The position numbers and the translations under genes were made by a program. A model generated the notes under the pieces. The model ran no database searches and was not told the origin of the DNA. It saw nothing but the letters and a program-made list of their open reading frames with translations. 64,000 bases of DNA, taken from NCBI GenBank assembly GCA_015680685.1, contig MNCI01002250.1:509693-573692 (forward strand). Direction: 5' to 3'. This stretch comes from Gnetum montanum (taxonomy: Eukaryota > Plantae > Gnetophyta). The first letter of the stretch is position 1; each line of letters starts with the position of its first letter. Below, in pieces: positions 12,932-25,622 of this stretch.

Positions 12932-15700
12932 ATGTCTCTTTCACAAGGAAGCAATAATGCATCATATGAAGAGAACATTCATTGGAGAATCAATGAGATA
13001 TATACTAAAGAAAATTGAAGTGACCAACCTTGTGTAGGGGTTTCATATGTTCATGACCACCCTAACTACACTCAAGGACTACATTCAACTAAGGTAGACA
13101 ACCCTAGAGGAGATGAAGTAAGTCTTAGATAAGGGGAGGCCTCAAGGCCTTGGACCTCCTCAAAATGTAAAAATGATAAATTAAGGGACCATGAGGAACA
13201 CTAAAGAAGCCAAGGTGATCCTTCCATTTCCTCATCTTCCTCTTCCTCTTCAACATCTAGTTCTAACGAAGATGAACATAGGTATAGAGATCAAGCTCCA
13301 TTGTGAGGTCAAAATAAGAATAAAAATTGAACTCGAGGGCAAAATCAAAGACATAAAAATGAACATAGACAAAATCATCATAATCAAACAAATAGAAATA
13401 GAAATTTTTACCACGACATGTCTGATGATAGTGAACCCTTGTTGGCCACTAAGAGCTTGATGCAGATCAACGAGGTAATTAAGATACCCCATAGGCATTG
13501 CAAGGAAAGTCACATCAAAAGGCTTGATATGAATAACATCCCTAAATTTGTGGGAGGCTATGATTATGATCCACAACATTACTTACAAGCCTTCCATGAT
13601 GCTTGTGCCTTGAAAAATATTAAAAATGAGTGGTAAAAGCTTAAGCTCTTTCCTAGGATACTAATAGACAAAGCTGAAAGTTGGTATAGATCATTGGAAC
13701 CAAGTTCCATCCACCAATGGTCCATAATGCTAGAACTTTTCAATGAAAAATATCAAACCTACACAAAAGTGTCTAGCCTAAGGAAACAAATCCAAGGGTG
13801 GAAGTAAGAAAATCATGAACCCTCGGATGTGGCCTTGGATAAATACTATTCACTACTAGATAGATGTCCCAGCCATGATTTCTCTTGAAAAGAGCAAAAT
13901 TTCCACATCATAGATGGGCTTCATAATGAAATGAGGGAGAGCCTTGGGATGTATGCTTAAGGTTGATTATATGAACTAAAAGCCCATCAGATACAAAGGC
14001 TAATTGAATAGGTGGCGAAAGAAGAAGAAGAGCTATGTAAATGAGAGAATGTTGAGAAATATCACTAGGACCCAACTCTTCAAAAGAAGATGGTCCATAT
14101 CTATGATGAGAAAAAAGAGAAAGCTCTTGATGAGGTGATTTCATAACAAACCTTACCACTACAATAATGTCTTGATGAACTCCAAGCAAGGCTAGATAGG
14201 ATGTCAAAGTGGATAAATGTAAAAAGGTACAACTTTCATAGAAACTGTAGAGGAGAAGGTAACACAAAATGAATTAGATGGTCACAATAAACAGAGGAAG
14301 AAGAACCAAGAAATAGCTAGGAACACTTATTGGCAAATAGGAAAAATGACTATAGAAGAAGATGTTATAGACTCAATCACAGAAGAAGATGATGGATGTG
14401 ACATCTACCTATATGACCATCCAAAGGGCTATTTCCCAATCATGTTACATCTACATGAGTATTGGGCTTTTGCATTGAATCCCAAGTTAGTATAAAAGCA
14501 AATGCCTAGAAAATTACCTTTCTCACAAGATAATTATAGACAATTCTACACCCAATCGTACCATCCTAGTGGGACTTCTTACCAGCCTCAACACTATCAA
14601 CCAATGTAGTGGAAAAATCTATAGTCATGGAGAAGGCCATCATCAAACTAGCACTACCCTTACTACTAGTCGAACCCATACAAGTATTATGTTTAATAAC
14701 CTATTTCCTCGACTAGTTCTACTTCCTCTACTTCAAATTGCTACTACCACTCTTCTGAATATCATCATGGCATGACATCTTCTAAAGGATCACCACCTCA
14801 CACCTCTCATCCTTCATCATATCCTCAATATTCTCATACGTTCTTCCACCATATGTTAGCACCAATAACATAGGAAGGTTCAATAGCATGACATCAATGA
14901 GAGGATGTCACTTGTGTTACGCACATACAAAAAAATGATAATTCCAGTAGATCTCCACCACAATCTCGCAAATGCCCTTTCTTTAGGATAGTTCCCACGT
15001 GTAAGAACAACATGTGTGGACCTACTAACTCATCCAAACTAGCACAATGCCAATCAAGTGCAACACCCTTTCACAACCAATGTCTTCTAATCCTATGTAA
15101 AGGCCAACATCCATCGTTACTCCAACACCTAATAAAAATAATGAATCTAGCACTATGGAGAGACAAAAGAGGAATCCATGCATCATTAATAGTAAATGGT
15201 GCAGTTGTGGTCAAAAAATTCAACATATTAATACAACCCACAACAAATCCAAGCAACAAGTATGTGAGAAAAAACCAGCCTACATAGTAGCCACTAAGCC
15301 TGAAGAAATCTAGTGGCTTGAAAATTAGAATATAAAATTGTTTCAAAGATGCATGGAGGTAATTGATATGCTTATTAGTTCTAAGCTTAAGAAAATGAAC
15401 CAAATAGAGGACTTAGACATAGATATCTTACACTTTGATTAAACACAAGAAGAGGATATTAAACATGAAGACCTGGAAATTAAAATATAAAATCAAGAAG
15501 AAGAAGCAAACACATTTTGACCCCCAAAAATGGAAATACCTTCAAGTCCAGATGAAGATAGGTCTTCAAATGATCCAAACAAGACTATCACCAATGTTAG
15601 ATGTGCTATCACCCAATTAATTAAATTAGTAACAATGATAGATGGAAAATCAATGGTGTATAACCAGGGAATTATGTAGTCCATCTCTCGAATGTGTAGC
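12932..15700 (+). pseudogene. Decayed gag-like ORF of B
   Basis: IPKFVGGYDYDPQHYLQAFHDACALKNI...KLKLFP...WYRSL and the knuckle GCDIYLYDHPKGY; closely similar to the A gag. No protease or RT motifs follow; the end is approximate. Confidence 0.8.
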
Positions 15701-17864
15701 CATCAAATTAGTCATGGGGGAGATTCTCCATCCTGGTTCAAGAACTAATAAGTATTTTTCACCTTTTTTATTTTTACAATTTCTTATCATTTTCCTATTT
15801 CTTCCAAATTTTTTTGATTCTTAATATGTTTTCCATTTCTTAATATTTTATTCTTTACATTTTTATCTTTTCTTGAGTCATTTCCTTTATGTTTTATGAA
15901 TTTCTTTATATTTTCATTAATAATATTGTTAAGTCATGATGCAAAAGTCGATGCTATGTGTTGGGTTTTTGTGCTATGCTATCAAGATGATTGGGTAAGT
16001 AATTGTGTAAAGCAATGAGACCACCTCATCCATTCCTCTAGTTCTCTGAATAAACGGTCCTTTTCATGGAAAAAATTTAGTTCTTCTTTCTGAAACTAAA
16101 ATTATTCAATGATCATTGTACCTTGAAGAAAGAGGGAATGACCAAGTGGGCATGGTAAGGGTATGACCTCAAGGGGACTTAATGGGTTTTCTTCTTGTCT
16201 TCCTTCGTGTGGTTTATGAATCCTCTTGAAACATATCATCACTTCTCTATCAACCAATAAAAAGGAAGCTTTGTCTTTGCATGGTGTGGTTCCCATTTCT
16301 AAAACAAAAAAGGAAAAAACAATAATGGGAATTCAAAGTACACCCCTTAGACATAATAATGGGCTATAAGTACTAGTTATGGGACTAGAAAGAAATGTTA
16401 TCCAAGACTGAAGGAACCTCTCTAACTAAGGCCCTTCCTTCCTTCTTCTCCTTTCTTCTCTTTGTGGAGTGATGATCATTATTTGAGATAGTTTTGGACT
16501 CATGGTGGTTGACAGGAGGGAACACATCAATGGGAGGTTATTGTTCATGGTATGGACTTGGTCTAAACTTGGATGGATAGGTATGCTAATCATTTTTTTC
16601 ATATTTGTCACAAGAACCTATTATGGACATGGTTAAGTACGTTACATCCCAATCTCTGTAATCCCTTCTCATCCCATTATTCACTTCACTATTGCAAGTG
16701 ATTATGAGCCTTTTGATTATGTAGTATAGTATAACATCCCAACCACAATAGCTATGTGTTGTTTAGAATAAAGGCATAGTCTACATTTAACTTCTTAGAT
16801 GCCCACGGGCATCTATAAAAGTGGTTATGCAAGGGCATTATGGTAGGAGCTTGCTTTGGGAAGGACACACTTGCATAACTTTTGTTGATCATGGCTTTGA
16901 ACTAACCTTCACATCTTCTAGAACATCAATGACAATTTCTTTGAATTTATGCATAATTCTAGGAATACTTCTCATTACTTTCAATTACATTTTTACTTTT
17001 TTCCTACTTTTCTATTAAAATATCTTTGAAGATCAATATTTCTTGGCCATCTTTTGAATCTGACCTTTGGTTTTAATTGTTTAAAAACTTGTGTGCTTCC
17101 GGAGATACGCTTATTAGTCATGGGGGATAGGGATGTTCACCTTAAAATTTTGAAATTTTTCTAACATCCTATTTTTTAACATCATGGTAACTAATAGTAA
17201 TTGAAAAAAATAATGTGAATAGCTTGATGATTTTAGTTACCTCATAGCCTTGGGCACTGTATGCTATCATCACCTTATGCTTAAATGAAAACTAAGGGAT
17301 CTGAAAGGGGTTAATTATTAAGGAAAATTTATCAAAAGTAATGTTGATCCTTTAATGACTATAGGTGATGCTAAAAGAAACTCCTAAGAAATAAGGTCTT
17401 TTTATAGGCATGGAATCAAAGCCAAGAGAGGGACAATAGAGGATATGCCCATGGATAAATCGTACCACATACAAGATAGCAACTCAAGCCTCATATGTTT
17501 ACTAGATCCATGGGATGATGAGAATAAATTCTAGTCCATCCATCAAGAATTTTGCATATAACTAGAGAAGCATTGACATAAAAATCTAGGTTGGAAGTCT
17601 GCCATCACTAGTAGCAACAACAAGAATCCTGTTCAACAGATTCTTGAAGACCTCTATAAATTTTGTAATCTTCAAAGCCTGTCCAATCTTTTTGACACTC
17701 TGTCATTTTATATGCATCCACTCAAATAAAATTTTGTAATGTAGCATCTAGATTTAGTCAGTAGTTAGCATTAGTTAATAATTCCATACCTTCTCAATTT
17801 TGTAAAGAAAGCCCGATCCTATCCTGTTAACTCGAGGATGAGTTTTTATTCAGTTGTGGGGGTA

Positions 17865-18870
17865 TGATGAGTCATCAATTGGTTGTGTTATATGATGAAA
17901 ATTCAAATTTTTGGTTGGCTTTGCTATCTTAGCCCTAATGTCCTAACCTTGATAACAAGGCCCCGACAACAAGGCCCCAACAACAAGGCTCTGACGACAA
18001 CACTCTAGCAACAAGGCCCTGATAATTAGGCTGCGTCGATGAGGCCCTGTCGACGAGGCCCCATCGACACATCATATCATGCGTCAATGAGGCCTTGTCG
18101 ATGCAACCTAGCAATAAAATCTATAAATACGTGCTCATAGTCATGTTTATGTAATTTTTTGGTCAATAGAGTAGCCAAACTCTTACAGTTTTATTTTGTA
18201 GTCTTAGAGAACAGTCAATGAGTGCCTATAGTGTGGATCTAAGTCAGTTGTACGACATCTTATTTGAGTGGCAATGTACTTGGACACATTCCATGAATGA
18301 CAATAAGATTGAGATTGATTCTTATTCATTGTAGCACCTTGACTTAGATTAAATTTACCTTTAATGCAATTTATATTCCATATACCTAGTTAATATTGAC
18401 ATTTTCATGCATGTTAATGAATTGGTAGAATGAGTGCAATCAATTTCGTGCATAAACACGTATTCACTTGGTAATCCTAACAACATTATTGCTTGGTTCA
18501 CCTAGTAACATAGCACTTGGCAATCCTAGTAGTGGATACGTGGGTTCAGGATGTATACGACAAGCTAGGAATGGACACTCATCACCCATAGGCTAGTTTA
18601 GATTTTACTTTATGTTGTTAAGTAATTGATTTCTCTATTATCGTTAGGAGTAACCTAAGGCCAAAACAACATCAATTATCATATTCCTCACTCTAGACTA
18701 AACCATACATGACAAAGTTACCCCTAGTCCAAGTGGGAAGATAGTGAACTACAATTAAGGCATAACAATCTAGATGTCAAAACTAGTCCCATCCATGAAA
18801 TTTGACTAGATCATGCATGAACACTTGTGCTTGGTATGGTTGGGTGTAGGGGGTACCTCACTGCTCATCA
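17865..18870 (+). repeat. 3' LTR of element B
   Basis: TGATGAG...CTCATCA termini, preceded by the PPT. Confidence 0.92.
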
Positions 18871-20429
18871 ATGACCCTCTCCAATTAGCTTCTTTTCCCT
18901 TATGCATGACTTATAATTAAAGGTTCTGGCATACATACAATTGATTTTTCATTAAAATGCTTAAGATTTTTAACATTATTAAAATTAAATTTGATGATGA
19001 CATTCATCATGGAAAATGAAGCTTTGTAATTGGTTGGAAGGTTACATGTAAAATCCAAAGTTCTGGAGTAAGTGAGAATTCATATTTAGGCACTGGTAAT
19101 GTGAGAAGATGGAATCGTAGGCATTAAAAGCTTTAGAAGATGTAAGAAAAGGAGTATTGAACTCATGATATAGAACGAATAGCTTATATGATAAGGGAAG
19201 GTATTGAAATTTAACATCTATGCAGTTGGAAGTTCAAGATGATACAGTTGTATCAGTCAAGTACAAGTTACAATAGTTATACAAGTGGATCCTCCCCAAA
19301 GCAAGCTTCACCCTTAATGCCCTTATATAACAACACCTAAAAATGTTTGTAGGCACCAAAAGGATTGAATGAAACACATACCTGCTGAACAAAACAGACA
19401 TGTTAAAACCACCAATTTGAGAAAATAACTCTATGTTACACAAAACCAAAAGTTGTGATCATGTGAATAATGAGATGAGATGGATTTTAGAAAGGATTGT
19501 AGAAATGGGGACGTGAGGTGTCTCACCATAGGCATAATGAATCCTTATGTGTTATTAATGATTAAAGTAATCAATATCCCTTCTTTCCAATATTCAAACC
19601 AAGTCCAAACCACATTCCCCTGACATCACATTATTTTATCTCTTAGATTGACAACCATAAGACTACCACCATTGCAAGGAGTAGCATCACTTGGTGTTTT
19701 TGTCTAAGGAAGGAGTTTATTCATGGCACCTTTTTTTAATTCTAAGAAGCCATTGACTTTTAGGCATGGGTAACATGTATTTCAAGTGAAACCCTCATAA
19801 ATTTATTTAGTGCTATTTTATTTTACTCTTATCTAGGTCAACCTTACCAAAGGACTACCTTTAGGCATGGTTAACATGTCTTTCTAGTGACATGGTATGG
19901 TAGCACTTATTTTACTCTTACTTCCATTTTTCATTAGTTCTACAAAGATATAATTACAACCTTGGCAACATGATAGAACATATAAAAGTGATTAAAGAGA
20001 TTCCATAAATTTTCTTGATGCCACACCCTTCTCATTCGCATTTGGTTCTTCACTTTTTAGTCTAGGCACAATGATTATGAATTTATTTTTAGTTTGATGA
20101 TGAAGAAGAATATCATTATGACCACGGCAAGAACCTCTTATCAATGGAATGGGTGGATAAATGATGTGGCCTCACTATTCGAATAATTAGTTCCTTGTGA
20201 CTTGACAACAAGAGAAAACCTCACCTCAATGGGCTACATGATGTCGTTTTATTCACAAACGAGATTACTGATAAAGGAAATGAAAAAAAAATGTGGAAAG
20301 TGTTGAAAATAATAAGAAAAATTTATATCAAGAAATGAGAAAATAATAAAGAAATTGTAAAACAAAAAGATGAAAAACACCTATTAATTTTGAATGTTAT
20401 GATGGGGCATTTCCCCCACAACTAAGCAT

Positions 20430-22879
20430 TTGACTGTGACAAGAATTAATAACTAAATAGGAAAGCTCCATGCACTTGGAAAATAGTGTTACGCTTTCAT
20501 TCTCAAGCCATTAGGTGTCTTCTAATTTAGTGGTAGTTGCATAAACGGGTTGTGGCTCACATGCTTAGTTTCCAAATGCATGGTGGATCAAAGTATGAGT
20601 TGTATGAACTTGGTAGATATCTAGCCCACAAATGCACCCTTGATCATGATTAGTTATGCATGGATTTGTTTGTCTCTCCACAATTCTAGATTCATTGCTT
20701 TTGTTAGGTGTTGGAGTAATAATGGATGTTGGCCTTTGGGTAGGATCAAAGGACATTGGTTGTAAAAGGAAGGATGTTGCACTTAATTAGCATTGTGCTA
20801 GTTTGGATGAGTTAGTAGGTTCATAGGTGTTGTGCTTATGCATGGGAACCATCCTAAAGAAAGGATGTTTCCAAAATTGTGATGGATATCTACTAGAATT
20901 ATAATTTTTGTGTATGTTCGCATCACAAGTGGCATTCTCTCATTGACGTTATGGTGCTGAACCTTCCTATGTTGTTGGAAATGATATATGATGGAGCTCA
21001 GTATGAGAATATTGAGGATATGATGGAGGATGAGAGATGTGAGATGGTGATCCTTTAGAAGATGTCGTGGGTTGATGATATTCAAGAGAGTGGCAGTAGT
21101 GATTTGAAGTAGAGGAAGTAGAACTAGTTGGGGAAATAGGTTGTTGAACATAATATATATACAAGTTTAGCTGGTATTAATGGTAGGGATAGTTTGATGA
21201 TGGCCTCCCCCATGACTATGGGTTTTGCCACTATAGTTGATAGTAATTTTGAGACTGATAAGAAGTCCCATTAGGATGTTATGGTTGGTTGTAGGACTGT
21301 CTATAATTACCTTGTGAGTAAGGTAATTTCCTAGGCATTTGCTTTTGTACAAACTTGGGATTCAATGCAAAAGCCCAATACTCATGTAGATGTAACTTGA
21401 CTAGGCAATAGCCCTTTGGATGATCATATATGTAGATGCCACATCCATCGTCTTTTTCGGTGGTTGAGTCTATAGCCTCTTCTTCTACAGCCATTTACCC
21501 TTTCTATCGATTAGTGTTGTTACTTGTCACTTATTCCCTTTTCCTCCTTTTATTATGGTCACTTGATTTGTTTTACAATACTATCTCCTCTACAATTTCT
21601 ATGCAAGTTGTAACTTTCTCATTTATCCATTCTGACATCTTATCTAGCTTTGCTTCAAGCTCATTGATAGACTTTTTTATTAGCAAGGTTTTTTGTGACA
21701 TCACCTAATCAAGAGCTGTCTCTTTTTCCTTATCATAGATTTGGATCCTTTTCTTTTGAAGAGTTGGTCCCAATTATTTTCCTCTACATTCTCTCGTTTA
21801 CATAGTTCTCCTTCTTCTTTTTCTGCCCACTCAATTAGCCTTTGTATCTGATGGACTTTTAGTTTGTATAACTGACCTTGGGCATAAATCCAAAGGGTCT
21901 CCCTTATTTCATTATGAAGCCCATCTATGATGTCAAAAGTTTCTCTTTCTAAGAGAAATCATGGTTGAGACATCTATGTAGTAGTGAATAGTATCTATCC
22001 AAGGCCACATCCAAGGGTTCATGATTTTCTTGCTTCCACCCTTGGATTTATTTTCTTAGGTTGGACACTCTTGCATAGGTTTGGTATTTTTCATTGAAAC
22101 ATTCCAGCATTGTGAACCACCAATGGGTTAAATTTGGTTTTAATGATCTATACCACACTTTGGCTTTATCTATTAGTATCCTAAGAAAGAGAAGCTTTTT
22201 CCATCCACTTTCAATGTTGTGTAAGACATAGACATCATGGAAGGCTTATATATGATGTTGTGGATCATAATTATAGCCTCTCACAAATTAAGGGATATTA
22301 TTCATATTAATTCTTTTTATGCAACTTTCCCTACGATGCATGTGGGGTATCTTAATTGCCTTTGTAATCTGCATCATGCTCTTAGTGGCCAACAAGGATT
22401 CATCTTCATTAGACATGTCATGGTGAAAATTCCTATTTCTATTCATCTAATTATGATAATTTTTTCTATGTTCATTTTGATGTCTTTGATTTTTCCTATG
22501 GTTTTTATTTCTATTTTTATTTCAACCCCATAGTGAAGCTTTGTCTCTATACCTACGTTCATCTTCATTAAAACTAGACATTGAAGAGGAAGAGGAAGAT
22601 GAGGAATTGGGAGGATTGCCATGGCTTCTATGGTGTTCCCCATGGTCCCTTGATTAATCTTTTCTAGTTTTTGAGGAGGTCCTAGGCCTTGAGGTCTCCC
22701 TTGGTCTAGGACTTACTTCATCTTCTCTAAGATTTTTTGCCTTAATTTGAGTGTAGTTAAGGTGGTCATGAACATATGAAACCCCTACATGAGGTTGGTC
22801 ACTCAAATTTTCCTTAATATATATTTCATTAGTCCTCCAATGAATATTATGCATTATGACTTCCTTGTGGAAGAGACAT
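20430..22879 (-). pseudogene. Decayed gag-like ORF of A
   Basis: Retrotrans_gag-like core (fragments PKFV.GY.YDP.H, L..KAKVWYRSL), a decayed CX2CX3HX4C knuckle (GCGIYIYDHPKGYC) and a Q/P/S-rich tail. Many stops; the 3' end is approximate. Confidence 0.8.
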
Positions 22880-22993
22880 TGTTGTTGGTTTATGATGTAT
22901 GTGATTTAATATATATATATATATTGAAAGATAAATCGTTAATGCATTTACACTGATCATGTATAATATAACTAATCTAGATAACTAGCACCA

Positions 22994-23011
22994 TCCTTGA
23001 CAATGGTGCCA
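22994..23011 (-). other. Primer-binding site of A (tRNA-Asp type)
   Basis: The minus strand reads TGGCACCATTGTCAAGGA, a transition-decayed form of the Athila PBS TGGCGCCGTTGCCGGGGA. Confidence 0.8.
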
Positions 23012-23012
23012 A

Positions 23013-23898
23013 TGATGAGCAGCGAGGTACCTCTATGCCCAACCATATGAATTACAAGCATTCATGCAGACTCTAGTCAAATTCCATGGATGGGACTTAT
23101 TGTGCATCTAGATCATTATGCCTTGATTGTAGTTCACTGTCTTCCCACTTGGACTAGGGGTAGCTTTGTCACGTATGGTTTAGTGCAGAGTGAGACATAT
23201 GATTCTTAATGTTGTTCGACCCTAAGCTACTCCTAATGATAATAAAGGAATTAATTGTTTAATGTAATTAATGATGGAAGGTAAATTCTCACTAGCCTAA
23301 GTGCAATGAGTATCCATTCCTAACCTTTCGTACATGCCTTGGACTTTGTGCAACTACCACTAGGATTACCAAGCATACTGTTACTGGGTGTACCAAACAA
23401 TAACACTATTGGGTTACCAAATAGTTACACTTAAGTGCTCACGATTAGTTGTACTCATTGCACTTAATGATTGAAAATGATAAAGAGTGACAAATGATGA
23501 ACATTAACTAAGCAAAATAATAAGCATTTAAGTAATTAAAAACAATAATAAAGCTAAGTGGATGCTGCAATGATGGAAGTAATCTCGATCTTATTGTCAA
23601 ACATGGAACATGTTCAAGTATCTCACACTCGAATAAGGATGTCGTACAATCACTTAACATCACACTGCAGGCATGCACTAGAAACTAACAAAACTTGAAA
23701 TCTATCAAAATATGTGAATCTATCTATATCTATCTCTTTTTCCCAACCATGCATCCAAGTGTTGTATTTATAGGCTAACATGGAAGGGGCAATATTGGAT
23801 CCTCGACCTCAAAGGTTGTGCCCTGATATTAGATGCCTGACAATCTGACCTTGATATTGGATACTCGATATCACAGCCCTACAAAACATGACTCATCA
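23013..23898 (-). repeat. 5' LTR of element A
   Basis: Adjacent to the PBS; TATA (CTATAAATAC on the minus strand) at about 23764-23773. Confidence 0.92.
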
Positions 23899-24429
23899 AT
23901 AATTAAAAATTAGGTTATAATATAATATTTAATGTTGATTTCAAATTTCTTTTAATCTATTTTTTAATAATAATAATTTTTAATTATTTACAATGATGAT
24001 ACCTTTTAACTATAAATAAATATATTTAGACCTATGCTTGATCGATTCTACCCAAATTATTAGGAATCAAGTGCAATTTGTAACAAAGTTTTGCAACTTA
24101 AATTTAATACTTTATGAGTAGAAATCTTTAATTATACTTTTATTTACTATAATTTCTTTGCGATTCATAAAAAAAATTTCAAATACACCCATGATTTGTA
24201 GTTATTTGAATCATGTGATTCTACGCTCCTAAGATTCTAAACCTTGTGAAGCATAGATTTGGAATTAGAGCGTATCTAACTAAATTTTGAAATTCCAACA
24301 TTGCATAGACAAATTCTTTCTATCATGACATGTGAGCATAATGTGAGTAACATAAAGATAAATTTCTATAGAATGAGAGAATGCGATCACGAATTTAAAC
24401 TATAGAATGAGAGAATGAATTTCTACCAT

Positions 24430-25622
24430 TAAGAGTGGAAGAAAGCCATGGATGTTGAAATTTCAACCATTCATGGAAATTGATTAATGTCCTTGAAGGA
24501 AATTATTATGATAAAATTTTCTCCCTTGTAATAGAATTAACATCTCTTAAATCCTTGCTATTAATGTAGCAACTTATATTTAGAACAAATGGATGTAAAA
24601 ATAGTTTTCTTCCTCAATGGTAATGTTAGGGAGATACTAAAATAAAAAAGCATATGGTTTGTCAACATGCATCAAGGATGTGAAATAAAATATTTATTAA
24701 CCATAGGTTGAGTATTTTCTTTACCCTAAATGAGTATTAAGAGTCCTAACTTTAGCCTATCAGACTTGCATATCAAACGTCTTGGCATAAGGCTAGAAGA
24801 TTTGTTTGTATGTTGAAGGTCTTGGCATAGTTCTAGAGAACTCATATGTATGTCAAAAGCCTTAGCAAAAGCCTAGAGGACTTGTGTATGTATGTAAAGA
24901 GAACAGATAAAAAACATCTTATTATATTATTATATGTTGGTGACATATTAATGGTAAGAAGTGACATACACATTGATAGTAAAAAAAATGGCATACATGA
25001 ATTGATAAAAGTGACATATATAAAATTAAGAAGAATGATAAAAGTAGCATACATGAAATTGAAAAGTCAAATCCTTCCTAAATTTTATATTTTTTTAAAG
25101 AAGATCTTAGTGTTGCATAAAAAATTTTAGGAATGAAATTTTGATGAGATAGGGTTAACAAAAGAGGCTTTGTCTTGGATAATCTATATATGTTGAAAAC
25201 ATTTGATATGTAAGACTGTAAGCTGGTAACTACACCTTGTGAAAATAGAACAAAATTTTCAATTAATAATGCCAAAAGAAGAAAGCTCATGATAAGAATT
25301 CCATATGCTAGTGTTATTAGCCATTTGATGTGTGGGACTGTCATTACTAGATCTAATATTGTATATATTGTTAAAAAAGTTAGCAAGTATATGTCCAATC
25401 TAGAGAAATAACACTAGATCATTGCATAATAAGTCTTCTAGTATCCCTATGATATTGTGAACTTTGATATTTGTTATTAAAGTAATCCATCCTTTGTACA
25501 TGGCTATGTGAATGCTAATTAGGGTGGGGTTTTATATAATAAAAAAATCAACTAGTGGGCATGTGCTTAATCTCTTTAGTGGTGTCTCATGGAGAATCCA
25601 ATTGTAGTTTTGCATAGCTTAG
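24430..25622 (+). mobile_element. Ty1/copia RT-RNase H relic
   Basis: Decayed motifs EWKKAMDVEI, EQMDVK, IILLYVGDIL (YVDD), IPYASVI, KSTSGHV and GVSW. Cut at 25623 by a TGTAACAC LTR-like start. Confidence 0.85.

Larger units (their letters stand above)
11809..18870 (+). mobile_element. Element B: non-autonomous Athila-like LTR element nested in A in the opposite orientation
   Basis: LTRs at 11809-12805 and 17865-18870. Perfect TSD ATGAC (11804-11808 and 18871-18875). Decayed PBS at 12807-12824 and PPT at 17853-17864. Confidence 0.93.
7878..23898 (-). mobile_element. Element A: non-autonomous Athila-like Ty3/gypsy LTR retroelement (gag + env-like ORF2, no pol), interrupted by element B
   Basis: Direct LTRs at 7878-8760 and 23013-23898 with TGAT...ATCA termini. 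TSD ATACT/ATAAT (4 of 5). PBS at 22994-23011 and PPT at 8761-8776 on the minus strand. Confidence 0.92.

Noticed and set aside
1219-24246. CAAGGTTT...AAACCTTG as TIRs of a giant hAT element capturing the bHLH gene
   Set aside because: The flanking 8-mers (CATGGTAT versus TGAAGCAT) do not match; more likely ends of two separate small hAT-like relics.
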